Shown here: positions 24,201-37,095 of the stretch, in pieces
How the letters are laid out: every line of letters starts with the position of its first letter
Position numbering within the stretch: position 1 is the stretch's first letter
From: Camelus ferus
Taxonomy: Eukaryota
DNA: 64,000 nucleotides
Assembly: GCF_009834535.1 (NCBI RefSeq)
Contig: NC_045708.1
Location: forward strand, 11,408,001 to 11,472,000
Direction of reading: 5' to 3'
The notes under the pieces: generated by a model
Databases searched by the model: none
What the model saw: the letters and a program-made list of their open reading frames with translations, nothing else
Told to the model about the DNA's origin: nothing
Program-made: the position numbers and the translations under genes

Positions 24201-27200
24201 ACTAGGTCACCCTGCATTTGAGTCCAAGGCTACTTAAAGCCCTGCCAAGTGCTTCTCCATCATACCTTTCCAGCCACGTTTATGCCCCCTCCTCCCCGCA
24301 CCTGGCTCTCTGTTGCCATGGTGGGAGGAGTGGGCAAAGGGAAGGCCAGAAATTCCTCAGTAGGATCCTGCAGAAGATATGGTCTGAGCCAGGCTGCCAG
24401 GCATACAGGAAGAGGGGGCTGGGGTTTCTGGACCTGGGTGAGGAGGAAGGAAGGCTGGGCACTGTCCCGACAGCCCCAGAAGACGATGAATTGAGGTGGG
24501 ACCGTCTGAGAGTCAGTTCAGTGACTGCTAAGAATGGGATGGTTGGTAGTTATAACCACCAGCTGGGGGTTAGGCTGGTTCTTGCAGGCTGTGTGACCTT
24601 GGGCCAGTTACTTAGCCTCTCTGAGCCTGTTTCCTCCCATGCTAGATGGGGATACTCTCACCTGTCGACTGTACCTGTGAAATTGGCCCCTGTTATACAG
24701 ATGAGAAATTACCTCATCCGCAGAGCACATTTTGCAGATGGGGAAACAGGCTGAAAGGAGACAAGTGACTCATGACTGTGATTTTCCATGCAGGGCTCTT
24801 CTCTCAGGACATTCTGGCCCCCAGCCCCTGTCTGCCTCTGCTGGGAAGGCCCATGGATGAAAGCCATCATTCCCCTTCTCCAGCCCCCATTTCTGGGCAG
24901 GCAGAGGTCCACTGAAAGAAGGCCTGGCGGGCCCAGACCCTCCTTGCAGGCACTCTGGATGCGCCCTTAGCTGAGCGATGACAGGGCATAAGGCACCCAT
25001 GATTACTGTCTCTGGGGAGGAAAGAAAGAGGGAGAGGACATAGCCACGCCCTGTGTGATTCTACACTTAGGGGAAAATTCCTGCCCACAGTGTGGGGTCT
25101 GGGCGGGGGCAGGGGGTTGTCAGCCATCGCCCTCCCCGCACTCTGTCAGCACAGCCAGCACCCAGGGAGGACCGTGCCAGGGTCTGAACCTTCTGTGGCC
25201 TTTACTCTGCTGCAGTCACTTAACAAATGTTACTGGACACCTGCCCCTTGTCTGGCTCTGTTGGGCTGTGGCACTTGGAGATGATACAACCCACACCCGC
25301 CCCTGAGGGGCTCCCATCTTAGTCTGGGAGCTAAAAAACTTCAGGATGTGGATGCTGACAACTGCATCACTAACCAGGTTTTCAGGCAGGTCAGAAAGTG
25401 AAGGGAGGTGCTAGAGTCCTCTTCCCCAGGGTCTGCCTGCTCCCCGTGTCCCCTGTGACAGTAATGACAGTGACGGCAGCACTGTGTTACGTGTTCACCG
25501 CACTCTCTCAATTAAGCCTCACAACGAACCTATGAGGTAGTAACACCTAATCTCCATTTATCGGACAAAGAAATGGAGATACAGAGAGGTCAAGAGACTG
25601 GCCCACAGTCACACAGCCTGCACATAGCCGAGCTGGGATTTGAACTCAGGCCTGCCTGAGCCCAAATTCTCTGAGCCCAATCCCGAGAGAGCCCATTATC
25701 TGGGAATCTTTTATGTTGTCGGGTCAGCTCTAGGGGTGCGTGGGAGCAGGGCAGAGAATGAGCTTTGTAGTCAAACCTGAGTGGGGTCATATCCCAGCTC
25801 TCCACTGTCGCCCTGTGTGTGGCCTCTCTCTGAATTTCAGCTCATCTTCTGTAAAATGGGGAAAGGAATAAAAACTGCCTTGCTCAGCAGACAGGAGCCA
25901 TGTGGGTGGAAGGAGAATGGTGGAAAAGCATGTTGCAGACCATGATGTACCTGCCGTGGGTGGATCCCAAGAGGGCAGGGGCAGGGGTGACTCATCCCTG
26001 CTTTCCCAGTACCCAGGGTGGCACGTGACACAGTAGGTGCTCAGGAAATGCACCTGGAGGTGGAGCAGCTGACAGCAGTAACCGGAGCTCCCTGTGCTCC
26101 TGGGGAGGGGTCTGCCATCCTTTACGGCACACAGGTGGTCGGCCAGCTCTGTGGGACTCACAGTGAGTCTCAGCTCCTGACAGGAGTCGCCACAGAGCTG
26201 GATGCACCAGAGAGGACTTGCTGGGTCTTGCTGGCTGGTCCCATGGCATTTCTTGTGGCGTCAGTCCAGGGAATGTCAAGTCTAGGCCCCCTGGAGGGTG
26301 ACACCTCTGGGACTTCGGGAGGGCAGGTGGCTGGCTAGGTATGAAGGAGGATCCACAGGCTTGGCAGGCTGGTCTGCTCAAAGGTGGCCCACTGGCTTGC
26401 TCTCCCGTCCTTCCATCCAATTCTTCACTATTCTCCCTTCTGCTTTCACCTCTCCCCCACCCCAGTGCCCTGGACAAGCCTCCAGAGCACACTGGTCCTC
26501 TGCCACCACCTCTCATACCCACCCACCCAGCTGGAGGCTAGGTCAGTACCACTCTGCCTTCCCTGCCCACACCCTCGACGGGCAGAGGGGCCCCTGACCC
26601 CTAAGCTCGTCCTGGGGCTGGTGCTGTCCAAGAAGCAGGTAGGAAGGAGGGCACGGGAGGGAACTTCTCCATGACTGCGGTGTTTCTCTTCTCCCTGGAG
26701 ACCCGGTGGTCAACTTCTGAGCAGTTGAGATAAGGTGTGTCCTGTGGAGCCCCAGTGGGAGGAAGCTTCTGGATGTAGGTTGCAGCCAAGCCAGAGAAAA
26801 GCTTTCTAATTCCCTGGGCTGTCAAAGTACAGAGGGTGTAAGGTAGTGAGCTGTCTGTCACAGGAAGTGTTCAAGCACGGAGTCCTGTGATGGGCAGGGA
26901 GCCGGCCAGGATGACCTCTGGGACCCTTCTCTGACTCAAGGCCTGTGCAGATACTCCACAGTCTCATTGTTTTAGGGCAGAAAGGGGCCAGAAAGTCATG
27001 GGTGCCACTCTCCCAGTCTGGACCTCACCTCTGCAAAGTTTGGGTGTGCGGAGCGGGAGGAGGGGACATGGCTTTCCTGCCTCAGTGCCTCCATCCTGCC
27101 AGCTCCTACAGGAGTCTATTGAGAAGCTTGTCTTGCAAAGTTTCAACGTTTTCCTTTTCCTTCCTGCGTCTTCCCTGTCTCCTTCCTCCGATCCTTGCCG

Positions 27201-28984
27201 GGGACATGCTCAGGGCACATACACCCATTTGAATGTCAGCCGGGACAGCAAAAGATAGAAGACAAACCTGCTGCTCCTTCCTCCCTGTGTCAGCTGTGTG
27301 ACCCTAGGAAAGTTACTTAACCTCTCTGAGGAGATTGCTTCATCTGCTGAATGAGGACAGCAACACATATGTAAGAGGGTTGTGGTGAAGTGTAGGTGAG
27401 ATCACAGGTACCAAAAGCTGAGCGGGTGCCTGGCACATAGTAGGTGCTTGAAAATGCCACCCCAATATTACCCGATTCCAGTGTTACCTGTGAAACATGC
27501 TGCCCTTATGCCTTAACAGGTAGGTGGGCACATACCTTGCCAAAGCAGGTGGGCCTGGCTGGGAATTAACCTGTTGATTTGAAATTCCTCGTTCCTTCCT
27601 CTGCGCCTCCTTTTGTGAGATTCTGTGAGAATTGACTCCATTCTCCTTGCAGCCTCTTTATTCACGTGGTAAAGCAGGCCTGGCTCTGGGCATGGGGCGT
27701 GGAGATGTGACAGGGTGAGTCAGGGTGCTGCTCTGGGTGACACAGACTGTCACGGGGTCGGAAGGAGGGTCTGAACTGGTGCTGTGGGGTCACAGAGGAA
27801 AGGATACGGGGTTCTGGCTGAAGTGGGTTGGGCTGTTGGGGCTCTGGGAAGAGTAACAGCAATGATGAACCTAACACTTATTAAGCACCTACTGTGTGCC
27901 AAGCACTTTAAATGTACCACCTCATGAAATCCTTCCAACAGTCCTAGGAAGTAGCTCTGGATTATATCCATTTTACAGAGGAGGAAAATCGAGGCTCAGA
28001 GTGGCTCAGTGACCAGGTTCAAAGCCACACTCCACACACAGCTCATGCTCCACTCCACGGAAGGGGTGGCATTTGAAGTGGGTCTTCAAGAAGGCAAAAT
28101 ATCGCCCTCTCCCGGTCCCCACCCCACCTCCGCAGAGAAGGGCGAGGGCAAGGTGAGGGCACAGGCCCATCAGTGCAACAATGGGAATGAGGATACAGAT
28201 GCTAAGAATGATGCCACCTGCCAGACGGCACCTCCTGTATGGTAATGACTTAGTCCCTTTCGCTTAATAAAGGGGTGCTTTCAAATCCATTACCTCACTT
28301 GGCTCTGAGTTTGGGGGCATGCCAGGACTGCCTCCCGGGGTTTGGTTGGGTCTGGGGGCTGCATCCTAAGACCAAGAAGCAGGGGGGGGCGTGGGGGGAG
28401 GGAGGCGAGGATTGGGAGGAACCTGCCCAGCCGCTTGGGAGAACTGGTGAGGCAAATCCCACTGGGGGGCAGCCTGAAGCTCACCCCAACTCCCACACCT
28501 GCCTGTTACACCCTCTAAGAGCTCCCCCCTCAGCCTGCAGAGTTCCTGCTGGGACAGCCTCAGCTCCCCGCACCTTTTTCACCCTGAGAGGCAGCACAAG
28601 GGGAGCGGCTTGGTTGGGGAGACGGGGCCTGGAAGGCAGCGGGGCTAGGACCTGAACAGCCCCTTCCGGGAGGGCAGGTGATACCTGCCCTGGGGCTCAG
28701 CCCTTCCCATCACGTGCAGGAAGCCTCCTTTCCCCAAGGTCCATCCTTGCAGGGCTCACCTGGCACCTGCAAGGGGGAAGGGAGGAAGCTGAGACCAGGA
28801 TCCCAGCGCCCCAGAGAGGGGCGAACTAGGAGTGAGCTGCAGAGCAAGGTGGGGGGGTAGATTGAGACTGCAGGACACCAGGCTGGGCTCAGAAGGTCCT
28901 GATAGCCCCTCTTCTATTATTAAAAAAAAAATTTATTACTATTTTTTCTACCAAGACTCCAAATAAGGGGTTGTGTGGCCAGGG

Positions 28985-29304
28985 CTGTGGGCAGCATGCA
29001 GTTAACTTCTGTCACCGGGTGGGGGTTTCAGGCTCTGTACAACAGTTCAAAGGACATGGCTCAAAATATTATCTATGGCCCTTGAGAAGAAACTAAAGTC
29101 CTTAACTTTGTTTAATGGCTAAAACTTTAAGTTGCTTGACTCTTTTCCTTTGTTCCTAGATTTTCTCACTTATCTGATTAAATTTATTCGTTGGAACTTG
29201 GGGAGGGCCTAGGAGGCTAACGTTTTTCTACAAACAAGAGGCAGGTGAAGGACACGGGGTGGGGGTCTGTCCCGGAAAGGTCCATAGGGTCCTGTTTGGT
29301 TACA
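28985..29304 (-). mobile_element. Partial ERV1-class LTR (U3 half), laurasiatherian type
   Basis: Begins TGTAACC on the minus strand at 29304; ggcctaggaggctaa...tttctacaaacaagaggcagg; ggctcaaaatattatctatggcccttgag. Confidence 0.65.
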
Positions 29305-30329
29305 ATTCCACATTCCTGGACTGCCTTGTCTTCATCTGTGAAACAAGGGTTTCCTGTACTCCTCGGCCACGGCAGGCACTGCGCTGGGTACTGAGATGAC
29401 AGTAGTTTTAGTGAAAATAAAATAGAAAAGTTCTCTGTGTTCTAGAGGGAGAGATGGACAGTAAGGAAATACGTCAAATAAAGATGACACATCAGGTGAC
29501 AAGTGCTGTGGCTTGAAATGAAGCTGGATCATGGGTTTAGGGAGCGTGGGATTCGTGGGGTCATCCACTTCGCACTGCCTTAAATAGGGCAGCCAGGAGG
29601 ACCTCTGGGAAGGAGGGGATGAGTACCCAGCAGATGCCTGCGAGCTGGACTTTCTGAACCAAGAGTACTGAGCGCAAAGGGTCTAAGGCAGCAGGGAGCT
29701 TGGCAGCTGGAGGGAGAGCAGGAACTGGGTCTGTGGGAGCAAGGGGGTCATGGCCAGCTGGGGGCAGACCATGGAGCCCCCACCAAGGAAAGGCTGCAAG
29801 TAGAAGGGACCTCGTAGACTTTTGTTTTAAGAGGATCCCTCTGCTGCTGTGTTGAGAACAGACCGCGGGCTGCAGGAGAAGAAGCAAGGGGACCAGCCTG
29901 TTGTAAAAACTCACATGTAAAAACTAGTGCCTGGACCAGGATGTTAGGCATGGAGGAGATGCGAAGGTCAGCAGGGGGATGCTGTGAAGACGGAGCTGAT
30001 GGGGTTCGCTGGTGGCTAGATGTGAGCGTGAGGGAAGGAGAGAGGGCCTGGCTGATCGGAGGATGGGGCTCCATGGACTGACTTGGGTAGGTTTCGACAG
30101 AGCAGGAGTGGGGAAGGAGGAGTTTGGTTTTGGATATGTTAAGTTTAAAACGCCTATTAGACACCCTAAGGGGGATGTTCAAAAGACAGCTGTAAGGGCC
30201 TGGAGATGGAAAAGTGGGGGTTCTCAGCATACTGCTGTGGCAGGTGGCAATCACTCAGGGGGCGAGTGTCGGCAGAGAGGAGGGGACAGCCCAGCACTGA
30301 GCCCCTGGGGCCAGGCCGGCTGTAGCCAC

Positions 30330-30715
30330 TTGAGTGCACTCGCCATAGCGCGAGCCCATTGCTAGCGCATCCATTCCAATCCCGCATTCCAGAACTGGGG
30401 GAATAAGACTGCGGGTTGGGTTTGTTCGGGCACCCACTGGGCCCGTGGTGAGACAGACCTGAGCTAAACTCCACTGATCACCTGATCACTACAAGCCTCT
30501 GCTCTGACTGGTGGGCTGCAGGATCCCTTTGAGTCCCCCAGAATTAGTGTCAGTTCAGAGCCAGTGTCCATGAAAACCAGAAAAGTCTGATCATTTCCTT
30601 TTCCCCAGTGTAGAGTCACCCTGGTAAAAGGCTGTAAGTCCCTTTGGGGACGGCTGGGAGAAAGGAGAACAAGCACAAGTTTTTATCAGTGTAGCAGGAT
30701 CCTTCCCCAAAGGGA
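30330..30715 (-). mobile_element. ERV-L internal fragment encoding a protease remnant
   Basis: The minus-strand frame reads PQRDLQPFTRVTLHWGKGNDQTFLVFMDTGSELTLI...DQVISGV*...GARTNPTRSLIPPVLECGIGMD, matching ERV-L aspartyl protease with its D-T-G motif. It is broken by a stop and frameshift. Confidence 0.85.
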
Positions 30716-30739
30716 CCTGGTTGTCCATTGTTTTAAGGA

Positions 30740-31600
30740 AGTTAATGAGCCTGTCATCAAACACAGGCCCTTATTTTAAATTAAACTACATATACTTACT
30801 GTTAAATAAATTATATAAAATTCAAAGGTAATGAATACTCAAAGCGCATCGCTTCCTAATTATTTGACTATGTTCTATCAGTATCTGCGATCATTCCCCT
30901 CCATGTGGTAGGAGAGTTATCCATGGGGGGGCTACGTGCACCTCTTTGCAAACCTGAGTTCAATGACGTTGCAATGGTAACTTGACATTGTCCATACTGG
31001 GAGTATTTACACCATGGAAACTAGCCAAGGCGAGTCAGGACTCCATTGATTGTTTTCTCAATGAAGAAAAATTAATGACGCAGATGTCACTGGAAGGTGT
31101 ATGGTGTCTATAGCTGTCCCCTTGAGATTAGCACGAATGTGTGAGGAGGTGCTCTTCAGTGACCTCTAACCCGGCAAAGAAGTCGCTCGTGGCCTTGAAG
31201 GAGTGAAGTCTCACATCGTCACAGTTTCACTTTCCTCTTACTCTCGAGCAGAAAAGAAAATATCAATCAACATCCACATCACTATAAATGTTCGGCAGTA
31301 AACCTGCTGGGGGAAGAATTTGCAGATCCAGATGCAACTCCGTTTCTGGAATCATGACTGAATTGCAACCATAGGTTGTTGGCTCCATTGATAAGAGAGG
31401 CATTTTGTAAGAGTCAGTGAGCTACGGAGCACTGACAACACATTTTACAACAAAGAGTAATGTCTGCTGTACTGTTGTTTGTATCTTGTGTGTTACATGT
31501 CATCTATATCAGTAACATTTATAGTAAACTTATATCTGTGCATACTTTGCTCCCTCCTCCTACCCCAGCTGCTGGTGTTAAATGTGTGCCTGTGCACCAC
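30740..31600. mobile_element. MER63-like (hAT-Blackjack) element
   Basis: aaattcaaaggtaatgaatactcaaa...ctaattatttgactat, gggagtatttacaccatggaaac, tggaatcatgactgaattgcaaccataggttg. Confidence 0.6.
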
Positions 31601-34009
31601 AGCCTGGGGCACCTGGAGTTAGAACAAGATGCAGGAAGGAAGCAGCAGAGGAAGACAGCCAGGGAGGTGAGACAGCAGGAGAGTCTTGTGTCCCAGAGGC
31701 CGAGTGGAAAGTGTCTCCAGGAGGATAGTTGGTCACCTGGGTCAGACGCCGCTGACAGATCACCTGGAGGAAGAAGAGAAAGGACATTTGGATTTGGCAG
31801 CAGAGTGGTTTGGATGGCACTGTGCAGAGGAGAGCTTGATTAGAGGCAGGTCACGGAGAGGACAGGAGGAAAGATCTGGGCAGCAAATAGCCTTCAGTCT
31901 TGAGGAGATTTGCTAAGATGGGAGCAGAAGAAATGAGGCGTGATTTGTTACGATGGATGATATTTATAGTATATCTGTAAGGTCGTGAGTGAGGGTGAGA
32001 AGGGGCAAGGCTGGGGCAATGCCCTCCAGTAGGGGAGGATTGGGGCAGCCCATCCATTGTCCAGGAGGGCAGGCGCGCTGGGCTCAGAAGCAGTGGGCTG
32101 ACAGGTGCGACGCTGGGAAGAGGGAGGTGACCAGCTCTGAGTGATGAGGGGAAGAGATGAAAGAGGAGGGGAGGAGTGAAAGAGGAGAGGCCTGGAATGG
32201 TTATCTGGGACCATAAAGGAGAAGAGAACGCCCCAAAGTGTTGTAAGTGACCAGCTGCATGGGTGCAGATGTAGAATTGGGGCGAGGTGGATTTGACAGT
32301 GGCTGGAGCTTTGCCAGCCAGTATGATGGAGAGAAAGACACGCAGGGGAGTTGAGAGTGGAGGAGGGAGTGACCTTGATGTGGGATGATGGAATCTAAGC
32401 CCGGGGAGGGGAAGAGAGAACAGGAGGAGTGAGGGCTGGCAAGAAGGGGCAGAGTGGGCGCAGACTTCCATGGATGCAGGTCCCTGTGGACTTGAAGGCC
32501 TGTTGCAGTTGGCGTGGCAGAAGGAGCGGGCAGGTTGGGAGGTGGTATCAGGGTGGGTGGCTAGTAGGGGAATTTGTCATGGGTGCAGTTCTTGGCCATG
32601 ACAAAGTCTGGGGTCCACCCACGGGAGAGGCCGGGTAGAGGACAGGACCACTGGAAGAGAGGAGGTCAAGGGACTGAGGGGCCAGGCTACCCCCTCACCA
32701 CCCCCTGTGGCCTTTGAAATAAAAGTGGTGACAGCAGCGCTGGAGATGGTGGCAGGAGCTGACACCCTCAAGGAACAAGGACAGAGTGACAGTGGCCTGG
32801 AAGGGACAGTGAGGAGCAAGCCAGACCCCGGCCCACCCCTGGGCCCAGTGGATGCGGGGAGCAGGTGTCTGTGACAGGAAGCTCTCCCAGATGTGGTTGA
32901 GGCCCCCGTGCTGATGATGGCGTGTGACACTGACTGAGACTGGAGGAGGTTGGGAGATGGGGTCAGGTTAGCGGATGAAAGTCTGGGAGACTTGGGTTCC
33001 CCTGGCAACTGATTAAATAAGGACAAAGAGGGGAGGGTAAGGTGGGAGGCTGCCTGAAGGGATCGTGCCTCACTGGGGGTGGTGAGGCCAAGAGTGGGGC
33101 GTAGGGGACGTGGATCTTGCCAGGAGCCTACAGGGCTCAGGGGCCCCCTCCACCCCAGCCTCATCCTTAAAACGAGGAGATTCAGAACTGCCTTGTGGAG
33201 CCATGGTGCACATCAGAGAGCCAGGCACTGAGTGGGACCTGGGGTTGTTCGAACTGTAACCATCATCACAATGGTCAAAGGGGGCTGTTGCTTTGGGGGA
33301 CTGAGTGACCATGGTGGGGGCTAGAGAGGGGTGTCTGGTTTCTCCAGGGCTCTCAGGGGTCCAGGAAAGGATGAAGGCGGGAGGAAATGTCAAAGGACAG
33401 TGCATATTTACAGTCAGGTGGATGTCTGCAAGTAGACTTGTACCTTGGGTGATGGCCTTGAGGCTGATGGCTCTGCCCTGGGGTCTGTCAGTGGAGACCC
33501 CTGACACGTCATGGAGGGAGAAACATTGACATGTAGTTCCCTGGTCTGACTTCCCCTCTAGGGTGTGGGCTTCATGGCCAAGGGCCTCATGGAACCCTAG
33601 GGCCTAGCCCAGGGCCGGGACAGGGAGGCACACAGCTCAGGCTTACTCAGGGGATGAAGGACAAGATGCACCTGTGGAAGTCCTGTTGGCTTAGCTCTGG
33701 GTGCCCTGCAGCCCGAGTTTGCAGGGCATCCCCTCTGAGTCTACGGCCCAGGAAGGCTGGTCCCTCCCTGCTGTAGCTGGTGGTCCGAGGAGCAGCTTGG
33801 AGGCCCGGGAGATGAGTGCCCCTGGCTGGGGTCTGGTGGACTGAGGGTTCCCCACCCCCTTTCTGGAATGTAGGGTTCTAGGGCATCAGGTGGATGTGCT
33901 ATATCAGGCGGATGGGGAAAATTTTGCTCTGGGTCCTGGCATCAGTCAAGTTTTGTACCACCTGGGACAGATGGGCCTGCATCTCTCTGCAGAGTAGGGG
34001 AAACTGAGT

Positions 34010-34690
34010 CCATTCATTCATTTAACAAGTGTTTATGAGCACTGACTGCACACCAGGCACTGTTATAGGTGCTGGGATATAGCAGTGAGCAGAATAGACA
34101 GAACTGCCCGCCCTCGTGGGCCTGACCTTCTAGCAGGAGAGATGCACAGTAAATAACAGCATGATTAACAGTCAGCAGAGTGAGAGTGATAGGGAGAGTG
34201 AGGGAGAGGGTGGGGAAAGGCATAGCGTTACATGGAGTGATGGGGGAGCTCACTGAGAGCGTGACATTTAAGCAGAGCCCTGAAGCGGGTAAGAGAGTGA
34301 GCCATGTGGATATCTGGGGGGAGGAGCATTTTCTGCAGAGGAAACAGCTGGTGCAAAGGCCCTGAGGCAGGACAGCCTGACAGCTTCCTGGAACAGCAGG
34401 AAGGTGAGTGTGGCTGGAGCAGAGTGAGTGAGGGTTGAGCGTGATTGGGAGGAGGAGGTTCTAGGGGGTGGCAGAGGGCAGATCAGGAGGGGCCTTGTAC
34501 TGTCATTGTGAGAATTTGCTTTTGAGCATTGGAACAACATGTGCTGTGTGCAGAACAGACTGGAGGGGGCACAGATGGGCCTAGAGAAATGGGTGAGGAG
34601 ACTGCCCAGCAGTCTAGGAGGGCAGGGATGGCAGTGGAGGAGGTGAGATGGGGTCCTGAATGGATTTCCTGTTGGGCTAGAGAATTCAGA
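34010..34690 (-). mobile_element. L2 3' end (antisense)
   Basis: cattcattcatttaacaagtgtttatgagcac...ccaggcactgttataggtgctgggatatagcagtgagc; ggtgcaaaggccctgaggcagg. Confidence 0.8.
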
Positions 34691-35123
34691 GGCATCAGAA
34701 GATGAAACTTTGGGGTGGGAGTGGGCTATCCAGAGGTGAAAACTCCAGAGTCTCTGCTCCCTGGAGCCTCAGTGGAAGGGTTAAAAGGCGTGGCGTGGCA
34801 CCACCCTAGCTCCCTTTTGGCTGTCTTATCTCTGAGGTTCCACGTTAGAGCCACTGAAAGGGCTCAGCCACAAAAACAAAGCTCAACAGGCATTATTCTG
34901 CTCCAAGCCCTTCAGGTTACAGATGGGGAGCCTGAGGCCAGGAGACGATGCGCCCAGGGTGGGTCACGTGGGAATCACTGGTGAGCTGGGATGGAGCCCT
35001 GTGGCCCAAACAGGCTGGTCTCCCGGCCAGTGGCACACCGCACTGCTCCTCCCCAACCCAGCCCACTACCCCACTGGTCTCTCTCCTGAGCCCCTGGACC
35101 CTTCCCTCTCTCCTTTCTGTCAG

Positions 35124-35304
35124 TGATGTGCCCAAGGGCTCTGTGACCTTCGGAATCTCTGGGAGCTCTGGGGTGGAGATCTTCATGGTCTACGATCCAG
35201 CACGGGTGACAAAGCCCACAGGCAAGACCCACTGGCCCCTGGGCGCCGGCGTGGACGTGATCGTATCCGTGGACACAGCCAGTAAAGATTTAAATGACCT
35301 CAAG
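35124..35304 (+). CDS. PADI1: PADI1 exon 2 ([23 protein letters not shown]...SKDLNDLK)
   Basis: Polypyrimidine tract plus cag acceptor; 181 nt; donor AAG|gtaaga. Confidence 0.97.
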
Positions 35305-36365
35305 GTAAGAGGCCACCTCCCCACAGAAGGTAAGAGCCCCCCAACAGAGCACACCCTATTCGCGCATCTCCCCCCCACCCAATCCCCATAAGGCTTTGCC
35401 ACCCACATCCACACAACACAGCCTGATACAGTCCATAGACACCCCAAGCACGCAGAGCCACCTCAGCGCCCCAGCATCTCACACACACACAAATGAAACT
35501 CCCATAAAAGCACAGCCGGTCTGCTCACCCCTCAAATTCACAATCACCCCCGTTGATCCCTGTACTCAGTTCCACACAGACTCCAAACAAACCCCCAGTT
35601 ACTGAGCCCACAGCAGGACCTGTGTATGCTCATACACATGCGTGATACATTCACCGGTACATACCTGGCTGTGTGTGTGTGTCTCCCACCTAAGGAAGCA
35701 GGAAGCTTCCACTTTTACAGAGGACACTGTCCTTGCTCACGCCCAGGTGCCCGCCACACACACAGTGACTCCTGATTCATTGATTCAGCCTCTACTCCAG
35801 CGACAGGTGTTAAGGGCAGGGGCCCTGGAGCTCAAATCGTACCTCTGGGCCCCATTTACTGGGCCGTCCTGGGGTGTCGTTGAGATGGCCTGGGTCAGGC
35901 ACTTGGAATGGCTTCTGGACCTTGGGGAAGGCTCCATGAGCACTGGCTGTTATTGTGGGTGTGGGGATTGTTATTCCCATTTTATAGACGAAGAAACAGA
36001 GGCCAAGAGAGGTTGAACAACCTGCCTCAGTCAATGATGACAGCTTCCCCATCCCTCATTTTTTCTCTCTGACATCTGCATGGATTCCTGAGGCTCCAGC
36101 TGTTCCCTCTGGGATCTGCACCCACCCTGTCCCTCAGCTCAGCCCTGGGAGCCAGGGAGGCATCCATGGCCTCTCCAGCTGGAGAAGGCAGCTCTGAATC
36201 CAAGCTGGAAGCCCATGAGTCTTGGGCCTTCAGCAACAGGGAGTACGGGGGGACCCCACACCTCCCCTGCCTCTAGGCAGGGCCGTCGGGGTGTCCCCCA
36301 TTCTCTGTGCCACGGCCATTGGAAGGGGCGGCCGTGCTGGCTCAGGGCCAATGATGTCCCCGCAG

Positions 36366-36438
36366 GTGAAGGTCTCCTACTTCGGGCAGCAGGAGGGCGG
36401 TGCCCTGGGCCAGAGCGTGCTCTACCTCACTGGCGTTG
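36366..36438 (+). CDS. PADI1: PADI1 exon 3 (VKVSYFGQQEGGALGQSVLYLTGV)
   Basis: cgcag|GTG acceptor; 73 nt; donor G|gtaagt. Confidence 0.97.
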
Positions 36439-37033
36439 GTAAGTACCACCTCCTGGCTGGCCGTTTGAGGGTCTTAGGGGAGCCCCTGAGTGCAAGTTGA
36501 TGGTCACCTTCCTCCTCTGTCGAGGAGTCTGGCTTCTTAAGAGGCTGTGCATCTTCTTTAGGACCTCGGGGGTAGAGCCCCAGCCATACTTAAGGGCCAC
36601 GAGAATCTAGAAACTGCACTGCCCATGGGTCAATGGCTAAACTCCTTCATCCAGAATCCCACCTGTCACCCTCACTGGAACTCCAAGACTTAATCACTAG
36701 ACCTCGGAGGGCCCCATGTCGCCTTCAACCGGGGCACGGGGCAGCTGGCTCCAAGTCTCATCTTGACCACCAGAGTCAGGGCCACCAAGAGGCAGCAATT
36801 CAGCACACGCTGATGAGTAAGGAATTCAACAGCCAAAGACTCGATTCCCTCCAACACCCAGAACCATGGGGGGCTGCCACAGGGGCCTCCCAGGAGTTGG
36901 GTGTGGTCCCCAGAACAGGGCCTCCTGGTTCTCATGGGCTTGGGGAGGGGGCAGAGCTTGCCCCAACCTGGACATTATGGGTGTGAGGCTGGGACTAGGG
37001 AGCCCCTGGTAGCCCCTCTCCATCCCTTTTCAG

Positions 37034-37095
37034 ACATCTCCCTTGATGTCGACATGGGCCGTGCCGGCAAGGTGAAGAAGAGCCAAGGTGACAAG
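37034..37095 (+). CDS. PADI1: PADI1 exon 4 (DISLDVDMGRAGKVKKSQGDK)
   Basis: ttttcag| acceptor; 62 nt; donor AAG|gtggga. Confidence 0.96.

Larger units (their letters stand above)
29340..33060 (-). mobile_element. Long L2 remnant (antisense) interrupted by ERV-L and MER63 insertions
   Basis: L2 antisense phrases at 29380-30240 (tttggttttggatatgttaagtttaaaacgcctattagacaccc) resume at ~31600 (ggacatttggatttggcagc, gggcagatgtagaattgg). Confidence 0.6.

Noticed and set aside
36247-36297. kappaB-like decamers (GGGGGACCCC, GGGGTGTCCC) near exon 3 as the reported PADI1 intronic NF-kB enhancer
   Set aside because: Degenerate matches are common in GC-rich DNA, and I cannot place the published element without an alignment.
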